From positions 1 to 46,961 of the forward strand of contig NW_021834647.1 in the NCBI RefSeq assembly GCF_006345805.1: 46,961 nucleotides of DNA, read 5' to 3'. Position numbers and translations under genes: made by a program. The notes under the pieces were generated by a model, which saw only the letters and a program-made list of their open reading frames with translations, was not told where the DNA came from and searched no databases. The stretch comes from Octopus sinensis. Its lineage: Eukaryota. Positions 25,475 through 36,935 of the stretch are shown here, piece after piece (position 1 is the first letter of the stretch; each line of letters opens with the position of its first letter).

Positions 25475-26410
25475 GCTAGGAATGCTGAAAAAGTTACTGA
25501 AATGGTAGAAAAATTAAAAAAAAAAGAACGTAGGACAATAGAGGAATTTGGTGGAAAGAAATGAAATTACATGGCCAATTCCTACAACAAACTGGGGATG
25601 TTTGAAGTAAAGAATATTGGCCATAGCTGTCAGATTGAAGCCTGGAATGAGAGACAGAAAGGCTAATTATAGCCACTCAGGTACATGTCATTAGGATGAA
25701 TCTGGTAAAGGCAAGGATTGAAAAGACTCAGTCAGAGAGCAAATGAAGAATCTGTTGGAAAGGAGACAAAAGTATCAGCCATCTCTTAAGTGAATGCGGT
25801 AAACTAACACAAAAAGAGTGTAAGTCTTGGCATGACTGTGTAAGTATAAGTTTGCATTGGGATGTTAGCCAAGTGTGTAACTTTGAGATAACAGGAAAGT
25901 GATATGAACATGAGTAAGAGGCTGTGATTGAAAATAGGAACTGCAGGATCTTATGGGTCTTCATCAAAAAGACTGACTATATAGGCGTAGGAGTGGCTGT
26001 GTGGTAAGTAGCTTGCTTACCAACCACATGGTTCCGGGTTCAGTCCCACTGCGTGGTACCTTGGGCAAGTGTCTACTATAGCCTCAGGCTGCCAAAGCCT
26101 TGTGAGTGGATTTGGTAGACGGAAACTGTCCCCACAACATCGCTTGACAACCAATGCTGGTGTGTTCACAAGTAAAAGAGATTATACTATTTAAGCAAGA
26201 AGACTAGATATGATTATAAAGGACAAAATAATTGAACAGTGTGAGATCATATACTTTATAATTCAATATAATATCAGGGTCCTTATCAAATTGAAGACTA
26301 AAACTGTAAGACATTGGAATTGAGATCTGCTGGAAAGTTCCATCCGATACTCTGCAATTATCCTAAGGAAGACTCTTGAGATTCTAAGAGACATCTTGAC
26401 ATCAAACCTC
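25475..26410 (+). pseudogene. Decayed R4/Dong-type (restriction-like endonuclease) non-LTR retrotransposon ORF, C-terminal part, split by a SINE
   Basis: From 25552 a single frame reads WKEMKLHGQFLQQ...ETERLIIATQ...KTQSESK*RICWKGDKSISHLLSECGKLTQKECKSWHD...LHW...YEHE*EAVIENRNCRILW, giving a CCHC knuckle with the first Cys changed to TGA. After the SINE it reads ARRLDMIIKDK (PD..D-like) and ends in ILRKTLEI. Multiple stops. Confidence 0.85.
25984..26180 (+). mobile_element. SINE family A, internally deleted, inserted in the R4/Dong remnant
   Basis: GGCGTAGGAGTGGCTGTGTGGTAAG head joined to CCCACAACATCGCTTGACAACC and an AAGTAAAAGA tail. Confidence 0.9.
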
Positions 26411-26599
26411 AAAATAACACATCTGCTAATTAAGTTAGCATGTAGTAGCTAGGGTTGACTTTACTTTTCATCTTTTGGGGGATCGATGAAATAATAAGTA
26501 ACAGTTAAGTACTAGGTTGAGGTAAATGATTAGCCCCTCCCCTCAAATTTCAGGCCTTGTGCCTATAGTAAAAAAGGATCATAATTATTATTATTATTT

Positions 26600-26679
26600 T
26601 TCTTCTTCTTCTTCTTCTTCTTCTTCTTCTTCTTCTTCTTCTTCTTCTTCTTCTTCTTCTTCTTCTTCTTCTTCTTCTT

Positions 26680-26708
<29 letters not shown>
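26600..26708. repeat. Pure (TTC)n tract of about 36 units
   Basis: Uninterrupted repeat visible over about 109 nt. Confidence 0.97.
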
Positions 26709-26710
<2 letters not shown>

Positions 26711-26779
26711 TTATTATTATTATTATTATTATTAATATAATCATCAGTATTATTTTTATTATTACAGGAATAATAGTAA

Positions 26780-26990
26780 CCATTTCTACTAAAGGCAGAA
26801 GGCCTGAAATTTGGAGGAGGGGGCTTGTTAATTTGATTGACCCCAGTAAGCAACTGCTACTTAATTTATCGACCCCGAAAGGATGAAAGGCAAAGTCAAC
26901 CCCGGTGGAATTTGAACTCAATGTAAAGATGGATGAAATGATGTTAAACATTTTGCCTGGCATGCTAACGATTCTGCCAGCTCGCTGCCT
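26780..26990 (-). mobile_element. SINE family B2, near full length
   Basis: TTTCTACTAAAGGCAGAAGGCCTGAAATTT...GGAATTTGAACTCA...CTGCCAGCTCGCTGCCTT. Confidence 0.85.
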
Positions 26991-27604
26991 TCTATAGAAA
27001 TAATAATAATAATAACAACAACAGCAACAACAATAATAATAATGATGATGGTGATGATGATGAGAAGGCAAGTGATAGAGAAAGGGGGTAAGATGGGTAA
27101 TGTAGGTTAAGGTGAGACAGGCCACAAAATCCAGCTGGTTACCTTGAAATATCATTTGCAGATATTTTCCCATTCAACGGAAAGTTTTAAAACAAATATT
27201 GTTGAAACTGTTTTACCCAGAGAGAAAGCACCACTTCTTTTGGTGCTTGCTAAGACAGCATGAAAAGCAGAAGAAAAAGAAGACGAATTCTACATACATA
27301 CATAGATACATACATATATATATATATATAAAGGAACAAAAATTGGAATAAAAAAGGATGAAAAGAGAGAAGGAAAGGAAGGAAGCCATAAGCCAAATGA
27401 AGGGAAACAGGGTCAAACTAAATATTTATAGATGACATGGTTTCTATTATTATTTATATCGACAGCAGTCTCGTTGTTGTTGCTATTGTTGTTGCTGTTG
27501 TTGTTGCTGTTGCTGTTGTTGTAGGAGTGTTAGTTTCTGTTCTATTTGATATATTTGGTTGTATGGTTGTAACATAAGCATGTGTAAAAATGTGTGTCAA
27601 TATA

Positions 27605-28105
27605 TAGTATGATGATGATGATGATGATCGTCATCGTCGTTAGCATCATCACTAGCATCATCATCATCATCATCATCATGGTTATCATCATCATTGTCAT
27701 CATTATCAATCATATCATCATCATCGTCATCATCATCATCACTATTGTCATCATCTTCAACATCATCATCATCATCATCATCATATCATCATCATCATCA
27801 TCATCATCATCATCGTCATCATCACCATTGTCATCATCATCATCATCATCATCATCCTCAACATATCATCACCATCATCATCATATTATCATCATCATCA
27901 TCATCATCATCATCGTCATCATCACCATTGTCATCATCATCATCATCATCATCATCATATCATCATCATCATCATCGTCATCATCACCATTGTCATCATC
28001 ATCGCCATCATCTTCAACATCGTTATCATCATCATCATCATCGTCGTCGTCGTCGTCATCATCGTCATCATTATCATCATCGTCGTTGTTGTTACCATCA
28101 TCATT
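27605..28105. repeat. (ATC)n microsatellite with higher-order repetition
   Basis: The sub-unit catcgtcatcatcaccattgtcatc recurs three times. Confidence 0.95.
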
Positions 28106-28588
28106 CTCATTTGCCTGTCCATTAGTCAATGTCCACTCACAAGTCTTCGGGTCAGCCTGAAGCTATAGAAGAAGACACTTGCCCAAGGTGCCAAACAGTG
28201 GGACTGAACCCAGAATGACATGGTTGGGAAGCAAGATTCTTACTACTCAACCAGAAGATATACATCATCACCATCACTATCGTGCTAATGTCTACTTTTT
28301 CATGCTTGCATTGGCCATGCTGTTCTCTGTATTCTGAGTTCAAATTCCTCCGAGGTTGCCTTTGTCTTTCATTTCTTCAGGGACTGATAAACTGAGTACC
28401 AGCCAAGTATTAATCAACTTACTTCCTCCTCTCAAAATTGCTGGCCTTGTGCCAAAATTTGAAACCATTATGTTTAGCTAGTGAGTGCAAGTATGGCTGT
28501 TTGGATAAGTCAAATTCCTGTGTGTGTATGTGTGTGTGTGCATGTGTGTGTGCATGTGTGTATGCATGCATGTGTGTGTGTGTGTGTG

Positions 28589-28627
<39 letters not shown>

Positions 28628-29047
28628 TGTGTGTGGTGTGTGGTGTGTGTGTGTGTATGTGTGTGTGTTATGCATTGCATGATAACCAATTTAAAGAAGA
28701 ACAGATTTGTATATATATATACAATAAAAACACGAGAAAGAAAGGGAAAGAAAGAGGTGGGGGAAGGAGTGGTTGGTTGGTTGGTAGATTGTTGTTGAGG
28801 AGGGGTGGGCAGAGAGGGAAATGAAGAGCATAGGGTGATGGGTAAGGGCAGGTGAGATAGTGATATGGGATGGGTATCTCAGTGTTGGTGGGTATATGGA
28901 ACATTGGACAGCAGGGAGGGCAGAGACAGATGGTGGGGGAATTTGGAAACAAATTTTGGAATGAGTGGTGAGTGTACCTTATATTTAGATACAGATATCC
29001 AGGTGAGGGGAAGTGCTTCAGGAAGATTATATACATACACACCCTGG

Positions 29048-29276
29048 GGTGAGCTGGCAGAAACGTTAGCATGCCGGGCGAAATGCGCAGCCGTATTTCG
29101 TCTGTCATTACATTCCGAGTTCAAATTCCGCTGAGGTTGACTTTGCCTTTCATCCTTTCGGGGTCGATAAATAAAGTACCAGTTACGCATTGGGGGTTGA
29201 TATAATCAACTTAATCCCTTTGTCTGTCCTTGTTTGTTCCCTCTATGTTTAGCCCCTTGTGGGTAGTAAAGAAATA
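29048..29276 (+). mobile_element. SINE family B1, full length
   Basis: GGTGAGCTGGCAGAAACGTTAGC...GAGTTCAAATTCCG...GGGGTCGATAAA...GCCCCTTGTGGGTAGTAAAGAAATA. Confidence 0.9.
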
Positions 29277-29519
29277 TATATACATACACACCCTGTGCAC
29301 ACACATACACATACACGCACACACATACGCACACACACATGTCCTTGCACATATGTATATATGTTTATATATCTATATATATTAAATGTATATATGTATA
29401 TAAATAGACATGCACACACACACATACATACGTGCATACACACACATATATGTATATACACATGCATTCATACAAACATTCATATATAGACATGTGCATA
29501 TATATACACACATTCACAT

Positions 29520-29662
29520 GAATATCTATCTAACTATCAATCTATCTATCTATCTGTCTGTCTGTCTGTCTATCTACATATCTATCTTTCTATCTATCTA
29601 TCCATCTATTTATCTGCATATCTGTCTATCTATTTATCTGTCTATCTATCTATCTATCTATC

Positions 29663-29718
<56 letters not shown>

Positions 29719-29770
29719 CACATCTATATCTATCTACCTGTCTGTCTGTCTATCTGTCTATCTGTCTAAT
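29520..29770. repeat. (TATC)n/(TGTC)n microsatellite
   Basis: Directly visible. Confidence 0.95.
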
Positions 29771-30347
29771 TTGGTTTTATTTGTTTATGTTCCTTTGTAC
29801 CAGTTGTTCTGATAATATCAATAAACATATCATCACCAAAAATCAGATTCTTTCAATTTTCTTTGATCTCTTACACTTATCATTTTGAATAAAAATACTA
29901 TTTTTTTGTACAACTGTGAAATATTTCTCAGTACAATTTCTATGCGAGTGTGTGTGTGAGTGCACAGACCTAAGTATATTTTCACACACACACACGTGTG
30001 TGTGTGTATTTATGTATGTATACATGTGTGTGTGTGTGTGTATATATATATACATATATATGTATATATATATATATATAAACTCCACCTACACATGTAA
30101 TCTAACACTGAAATATATGTGCAACATTTATATATATATATATACATATGTGTGTGTGTGTCTGTGTGTGTTTCCAAAGAAGTATGAAGAAAAATAGCAT
30201 TATGTTTTCATTTCGAACTCTTTGGCCCAGGATTTTACCACATGTGGTTATGACATCACCGTTTCTCTGAATCTTCCTGCCGATATTCTTCAGAAATAGG
30301 ATGAAAGGAATGACAGTGGGAGATTTTGTTTTCTTTTAATATTTCCC

Positions 30348-31040
30348 CTTCCATCCATCCATTCTATCCATTCATCCATCCATCCATCTATCCATCCATC
30401 CTTACCTCCATCAGTTCATCCATCCTTCCATTCATCCATACATATCTCCATCAATCCATCCATCCATCCATCCATCTATTCATCCAGCTATCCATTCAGC
30501 CATTCATTCATCCACCCATTCTTACCTCCATCATACCACCTACCCATCCATCCATCCATCCATCCTTACCTACATTAATCCACACCTCCACCCATTCATC
30601 ACTCCACACTTCCATCTATCCACCCTTCCACCTATCCACACCTCCACCCATTCATCCCTCCACACCTCCATCCAGCCATCCATCTATCCATCCTCCCAGC
30701 CACACCTCCATCCGTTCATCCTGTCATTCCTCCATCCATCCATCCATCCACCCATCCATACCTCCACATGTTCATCCCCCCACACTTCCATCCATCCACC
30801 CATCCACACCTTTATCCGTTATCCTCCCACACCTCCATCCATCCATCCATCCGCACCTCTATCCATTCATGCATCCACTCCTCCATCCATCGATTCATCC
30901 ATCCACCCATCCAAACCTCCATCTGTTCATCCCTCCACACCTCCCTCCATTCATCCTTCCACACCTCAACCCCTCCACCCCCCATACCTCCATCCACCCA
31001 TCTCTCCCTCCCTCCCTCCATCCATCCACTCTTTCCCCAT
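30348..31040. repeat. Degenerate (ATCC)n microsatellite of about 690 bp; source of the H/P/S-rich ORFs
   Basis: Directly visible. Confidence 0.95.
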
Positions 31041-31546
31041 CTTCGCATGTTCTACTTTCACTTTTATCTAATAGCATATCTTCTAATTATACTCTCTCAT
31101 GTATAAACTAACATGCAACTATCCATAAGTGCGTGTATGTCAGTGTATGAAATGCGCATTTGTATGCGTGTGTGTGTGTGGTCGTGCATGTGTTCTTTGT
31201 ATATGTATGAAGGAGTGTATGTATTTCTATGTGTGCATATGAGTGGATCTTTACCTCACTTGACCGCATTTGTGGTCAGGGGAGGGGCGACAATTACCCT
31301 TTTACCTACACTTATTGCATACAAAACACTCAGAGCATCATATAAGAATATATACATATATGCAAACATGCATCATATGCGCACGTATGCACACACACAC
31401 ACACATACACACACACACATATATTCATACATATATACATATATATTATATATATATATGAATGCATATATACATATATATATATACATATATATATATA
31501 TACATACATATATATATACATATATATACATACTTATATATGTATA

Positions 31547-31589
<43 letters not shown>

Positions 31590-31922
31590 GCATATATGTA
31601 TGTATATGTGTGTGTGTATATAAACAGGTGAGGGTTGATGACAAGAAAGGCATCTGGCCATCAAAAATCTGCCTTAATAATCTTCATCCAACCAATGGAA
31701 GCATGGAAAATTGGACATTGAAAGGATAATGATTATATATATTTATATATATATATATACACATATATAAACTTAATTCACAATATATGGATTCATATAA
31801 TCTGGTAGTACTTGTAAAAAAAATCTACTTGATATATATCATTCTACAAAGCATACAGAATATACAATATGATACAAAAAAAATGATACGAACATAACTT
31901 AAATTCTGCATTCTTTTGAAAG

Positions 31923-31952
31923 ATGTTTTGGATTTTGCATTAATGCAGACAT
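31923..31952 (+). CDS. Candidate 30-nt symmetric microexon: (Y/D)VLDFALMQT in phase 1
   Basis: Acceptor ctgcattcttttgaaag| and consensus donor CAT|gtaagt. Short, so chance is plausible. Confidence 0.25.
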
Positions 31953-32004
31953 GTAAGTAATTATTATTATTTAAATTTTCTTATTGTTAAATTAAATTTC
32001 ATCA

Positions 32005-32362
32005 ACCTGTATATGGTGCCTAAGATTCCAACATCACCATCAAAATACAGGACCAGATACTGCAACAGCTTGGGTTTCAGAGGACCACAGCTCTTTAACA
32101 TCCTCCCTAAATGCCTGAGAGACTTGCATGGTGTGGATGTGGGTTTCTTTAAAACTAAACTGGATCTCTTCTTGTCAGGAGTCCCAGATGAACCTACCTC
32201 ACAACAGGAGACGCAGATGCGGGCAGCAGCATCGAACTCCCTTGTTGATCAAGTGCCCCGTATCAGAGGTGGATTCACATATTAGTGTAGCTCATTCAGC
32301 GGTGGTGCCCCAGCATGGCCGCAGCCTTCGGGTTAAAACATTTTTAAGGATTTAAGGATTTT
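32005..32362 (+). mobile_element. 5'-truncated CR1/L2-group (Jockey superfamily) LINE 3' end
   Basis: ORF 32013-32285 ...NSLGFRGPQLFNILPKCLRDLHGVDVGFFKTKLDLFLSGVPDEP...ASNSLVDQV is typical of C-termini after the RT domain; short 3' UTR with a stem-loop and (TTTAAGGA)n tail. Confidence 0.85.
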
Positions 32363-33049
32363 ATGTAGATATATATATATATATAAACAGAAGATACAAA
32401 TATTACAGGCATTCCCTCACACACACATACACACTAACTAAACATAGACGCACATAGAGATATACGCATGCGCAAATGAAGACATACAATAGAAATACAA
32501 AATGGCTGACGGTTAGTAAGGAGAGACACAAATAAGAAAGAAGAAAGCAAAGGACCCCTGATGTGGTCAGAGGAGTGTGACGAAAGAACTCTGGCCGAAA
32601 TAAGATTAAGATTAAAAAATAAATAACACTGAAGCAAAATAACACCAAATATATAGTGCGTATGTTTTTATTGACTAAACTGGCAAAATGACCATTCCGA
32701 AATACAACAATATATATACATATGTAAAGTTAATCCAAACAAGAAAACAAAAAGACAACAACGCAAGGATGTGGAACAAATAAAGTATTATTGGGCGCTC
32801 AGGAAAGAAGGGAAGAAGGAGGTATGATGTTTCGAGTGGAGCTCTTCGTCGGAAACATAGAAGAAAGAAAGATCCCGAGGTGGGAGGACAGAGGGAAAAA
32901 AAATGCAAGTGGTCTTCACGAGGTTACATACTGAAATATATATATATATATATTATATATATATATATATATTATACTTTATTTAAAGCAGCAGAAAATT
33001 CAACAAAACCTGTTACTCTGAGTTTCCCGTTGCCGTTCGGCGATGAAAT

Positions 33050-33790
33050 TAGACATCACACAACTAAAGGCTCCAAAAGAAAATAACAAGGAACATACTA
33101 TTCCATTTATTAATACACACAACCCTGGAATACCCAATATTTTCCACGTTATACAATTAAATCTATGATTACTCTTATAGAGCTCCAAAATGAGAAACCT
33201 GATAGATAAACGCTATCGATGAAATAGCAAACGCAAAAAAAAAATCCTAAAAAGATAACACACAAGGGCAAAATTCACATCAGAGAATGAAACAGAATTC
33301 TCCATAAAAGAATGAGGAGATAGCAGAGGTGGAATATGCAAGTAACAACAGCAATAACTTCAAATATATAGATAGGGACAGCCACATAAAATTTAAGAGT
33401 GGATTCTCATTCGACATAAATGCAAATATGAACTGCAAGACACAAAATCTCATTTATCGCATTACTTGCCCCAAATTCAAGGAAAATTATATTGGTGAAA
33501 GCAATAATTCCATTTGCCAGCACACAAGAATCCACAGACAGCAAATCTGACAAGAGGAACTATGGGAAATTTCACAGAGCAATGTCTGGAAATATGTGGA
33601 GAAGGAAAATTCAAGAGCTTTCCTCTCTATAAATGCTTAAGGAATGACCCAAACTTCCGAAAGACAATGGAACTATATTTCATAAAGAAGTTCTCACCAA
33701 AGTAAAATGGTTGATTTGGAAACATGTCGATAAAGAAAATCTAAGGATCACATATCTTATCTATGATTTTTTAAAGAAATTCAGATCAGA
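33050..33790 (+). pseudogene. Penelope-like element remnant: RT-thumb/linker and GIY-YIG endonuclease, disrupted
   Basis: TIPFINTHNPGIPNIFHVIQLNL (from about 33100); NCKTQNLIYRITCPKFKENYIGESNNSICQHTRIHRQQI* (33329-33550); CLEICGEGKFKSFPLYKC...RKTMELYFIKKFSPK (to 33705). Confidence 0.85.
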
Positions 33791-33792
33791 TA

Positions 33793-34420
33793 GGTGCAGG
33801 AGTGGCTGTGTAGTAAGTAGCTTGTTTACCAACCACATGGTTCTGGGTTCAGTCCCACTGCGTGGCACCTTGGGCAAGTGTCTTCTACTATAGCCTCGGG
33901 CCGACCAAAGCCTTGTGAGTGGATTTGGTAGACGGAAACTGAAAGAAGCCCGTCGTATATATGTATATATATTTCTTTACTACCCACAAGGGGCTAAAAA
34001 CACAGAGGAGACAAACAAGGACAGACAAAGGGATTAAGTCGATTACATCGACCCCAGTGCGTAACTGGTACTTAATTTATCGACCCCAGAAGGATGAAAG
34101 GCAAAGTCGACCTCGGTGGAATTTGAACTCGGAACGTAACGGCAAACGAAATACGGCAACGCATTTCGCCCGCCATGCTAATGTTTCTGCCAGCTCGCAT
34201 ATATATATATATATGCATGTGTGTGTTTGTCCCCCTAGCATTGCTTGACAACCGATGCTGGTGTGTCTATGTCCCCGTTACTTAGCGGTTCAGCAAAAAA
34301 GACCAATAGAATAAGTACTGGGCTTAAAAAAGAATAAGTCCCGGCGTCGAGTTGCTTGATTAAAGGCGGTGCTCCAGCATGGCCACAGTCAAATGACTGA
34401 AACAAGTAAAAGAGTAAAGA
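33793..34420 (+). mobile_element. SINE family A with a full SINE B1 (33970-34198, minus strand) nested in its (TA)n spacer
   Basis: Both halves of A are intact around an oppositely oriented B1. Confidence 0.9.
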
Positions 34421-34519
34421 AAGTATCATGTTTATAACTAAGAATTACTATCCCACACTTAAACTTTTTTTTCAGATAGTATTTAAAATCGTACCTATAC
34501 TTACTTTAAAATCACTCTT

Positions 34520-34680
34520 TCAAAAATATAGCCATACACAGCTAAATCAAAAACAGGACCACAGCCATACAACCATTCTTTCCACCCTTACATTAATGAA
34601 TACAAAAGAATTTTAAAAAAAGGCAAGACCTTGAAATGTAATTATAATTCTTACTAGAGAAAATCAAAAACATCTGATTT
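34520..34680 (+). mobile_element. Possible second, older PLE GIY-YIG C-terminal remnant
   Basis: One frame reads NIAIHS*IKNRTTAIQPFF..**IQKNFKKRQDLEM*L, paralleling the motif order at 33580-33705. Confidence 0.3.
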
Positions 34681-34974
34681 TCCAATTAAAAACCTTGACC
34701 GATTGGATACAAAAAATTCCTTTCCCACCCCACCCAAAAGGTCACTACAAAGGGTAAAAAATAACATACTGAACCCTGTGTGAGTGTGTGTGTACGAGCA
34801 AAATGCCCCCCACCAATGGACGGTGCTGAGTTGTCAAACATTTAAACCAAATTTTCTCAAAACAACTTGTCCGACCGTCCCATAGGCCTCCCCTTTGAGA
34901 AACACTGATTTAACCTAAATTTGAGACACCAGCAAAAGAAGAAATAAAGATAGACTTTTTTCTATTCCAAGAAA

Positions 34975-35175
34975 AACGATTTTACAAATGCACGTTCCTA
35001 TGGCTTTATCGATCGCATTCTCACCTGGAATCGATTTATGTAATTTTTTCAAGACTTATACACACCCTGATACTGTCGGTATCTACATATCAAATTTGAG
35101 CGCAATTGGATGGAGGATGCCCGAGATTCTAGAAGACACACACACAGACAGACAGAACGGATTTTATATAATAGA
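34975..35175 (+). mobile_element. Possible non-autonomous Helitron-like 3' fragment
   Basis: CAAATTTGAGCGCAATTGGATG...CACACAGACAGACAGAACGGATTTTATATAATAGAT resembles ends of microsatellite-bearing rolling-circle elements (from recall). Confidence 0.3.
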
Positions 35176-35964
35176 TGTTATATATAAATATATGCATATA
35201 TACATACATATACGTGCATACCTACATATATATGTATATATACAGGCATATATGGGTACAGGACATAAAAAAAAATACGTAGACACAATGAGAAAAGAGA
35301 ACATAAAAACAAAAACATAGAAAACGAACTTTTTTTTGAAAAACAAAAACAAACAAACAGAGAAACGAGACATGCAACATAAAGAACATTCCATTCATCA
35401 GTTGTCCCTTGCTTTATCTACTCCACATTTCGAAGGTAAGGACAAGACACGACTTCATTAAAACAGTCCCTCCCGTAAAGCAAATTAAATAAAATTTGAG
35501 ATTTTTTGCAAAGGGTAAAAGTGGTAGCATACTCTCATACTTTATCGCCTCAACACTTGACACAAAGCCATCTCACTTAATACAGCAACCGAATTCAGTT
35601 GAATGGATATTGTCTAGCAAGTTCCTTGATGACTCCTCAATAGTGACAATGTTACATAAAAAAGAAAAATACCCAGTGCACTCTATAAAGTGTTTGGTGT
35701 TAGCAAAGGCATCCAGCCATAGAACCATGTGGAAAGCATTGGAGCTTAACACAGTCCTCCAACTTGACAGATTCTGGTGAACGATTCAACCTATGTCAGC
35801 ATAGAAGTCAGATGTTAAATGATACTGTCACTGCTGCTGATTACATACACACACACACACACACACCGCACACCACACACACACATAATTGTGTGTGTAT
35901 AAATTCTACATAAAAAGTGTTTATAAAATGTTCACAGAGATCTTATATATATATACATATATAT

Positions 35965-36013
<49 letters not shown>

Positions 36014-36023
36014 TATACATATA

Positions 36024-36069
<46 letters not shown>

Positions 36070-36081
36070 TGTACATATATG

Positions 36082-36112
<31 letters not shown>

Positions 36113-36139
36113 TATACATATATATACATATATATATAT

Positions 36140-36198
<59 letters not shown>

Positions 36199-36499
36199 CA
36201 CACACATATATGCACATTCATCTATTTCATCTAAGACACCAGCACATTGTATGACATGTCCACTCATGCATGCACACATGCCCACACACACATACATACA
36301 AACACACGGCATGCACACACAGATTCATACATGCACACACACATACACATTTCCACATATATATATATACACACACAGTAATACAGGAAATTACATAATA
36401 CAGTAAAAAAAAACAAAGAGGCTTCCATTGTTAACAAATTATCATAAATCCCATCAAACAACAAAGATGAACAAAATAACGAATAAAAGACCAAGAACA

Positions 36500-36935
36500 A
36501 GGAATGGCAACAAGAACAACAGCAACAATGGTAGCAGCAGCAGGAGTAGCAGCAGCAGCAGGAGTAGCAGCAGCAGCAGGAGTAGCAGCAGCAGCAACAA
36601 CAACAGCAGGAGCAGGAATGGCAACAAAAATGACATCAGTGACAACAGCAACAACAACAACAACACCAACTGCTATAACAGTGATAACTGCAACAACTTC
36701 AACAACAACAACGAGAACAACAACAACAAAAACAACAACAACAATAACAGCAATAGCAATAACAGTGATAACAACAACAACAATAACTTCAACAACAACA
36801 ACGAGAACAACAACAACAACAGAAACAGCAATAACAGTGATAACAACAACAACAATAACTTCAACAACAACAACAACAATAACAACAACAACAGCAACAA
36901 CAACAATAACAAGAGCAATGATAATAATGCTAACA
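36500..36935. repeat. (AGC)n/(AAC)n compound microsatellite with higher-order units
   Basis: agcagcagcaggagt-type unit three times; aataacagtgataac...aacttcaacaacaac three times. Confidence 0.95.

Noticed and set aside
27143-27249. Minus-strand segment with a strong acceptor and a CAAG|gtaacc donor
   Set aside because: All three frames hit stops. It could only be a non-coding or UTR exon, which I cannot test here.
32558-32607. CTGATGT plus an 8-bp stem (GGTCAGAG/CTCTGGCC) plus GAAA, hammerhead-like
   Set aside because: A9 is T, and no 3' strand complementary to the upstream GGACCC exists, so stem I cannot form; at best a broken relic.
35385-35440. Minus-strand GAAA...CTGATGA in permuted (type II-like) order
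   Set aside because: I could not build convincing stems I and II from this copy.
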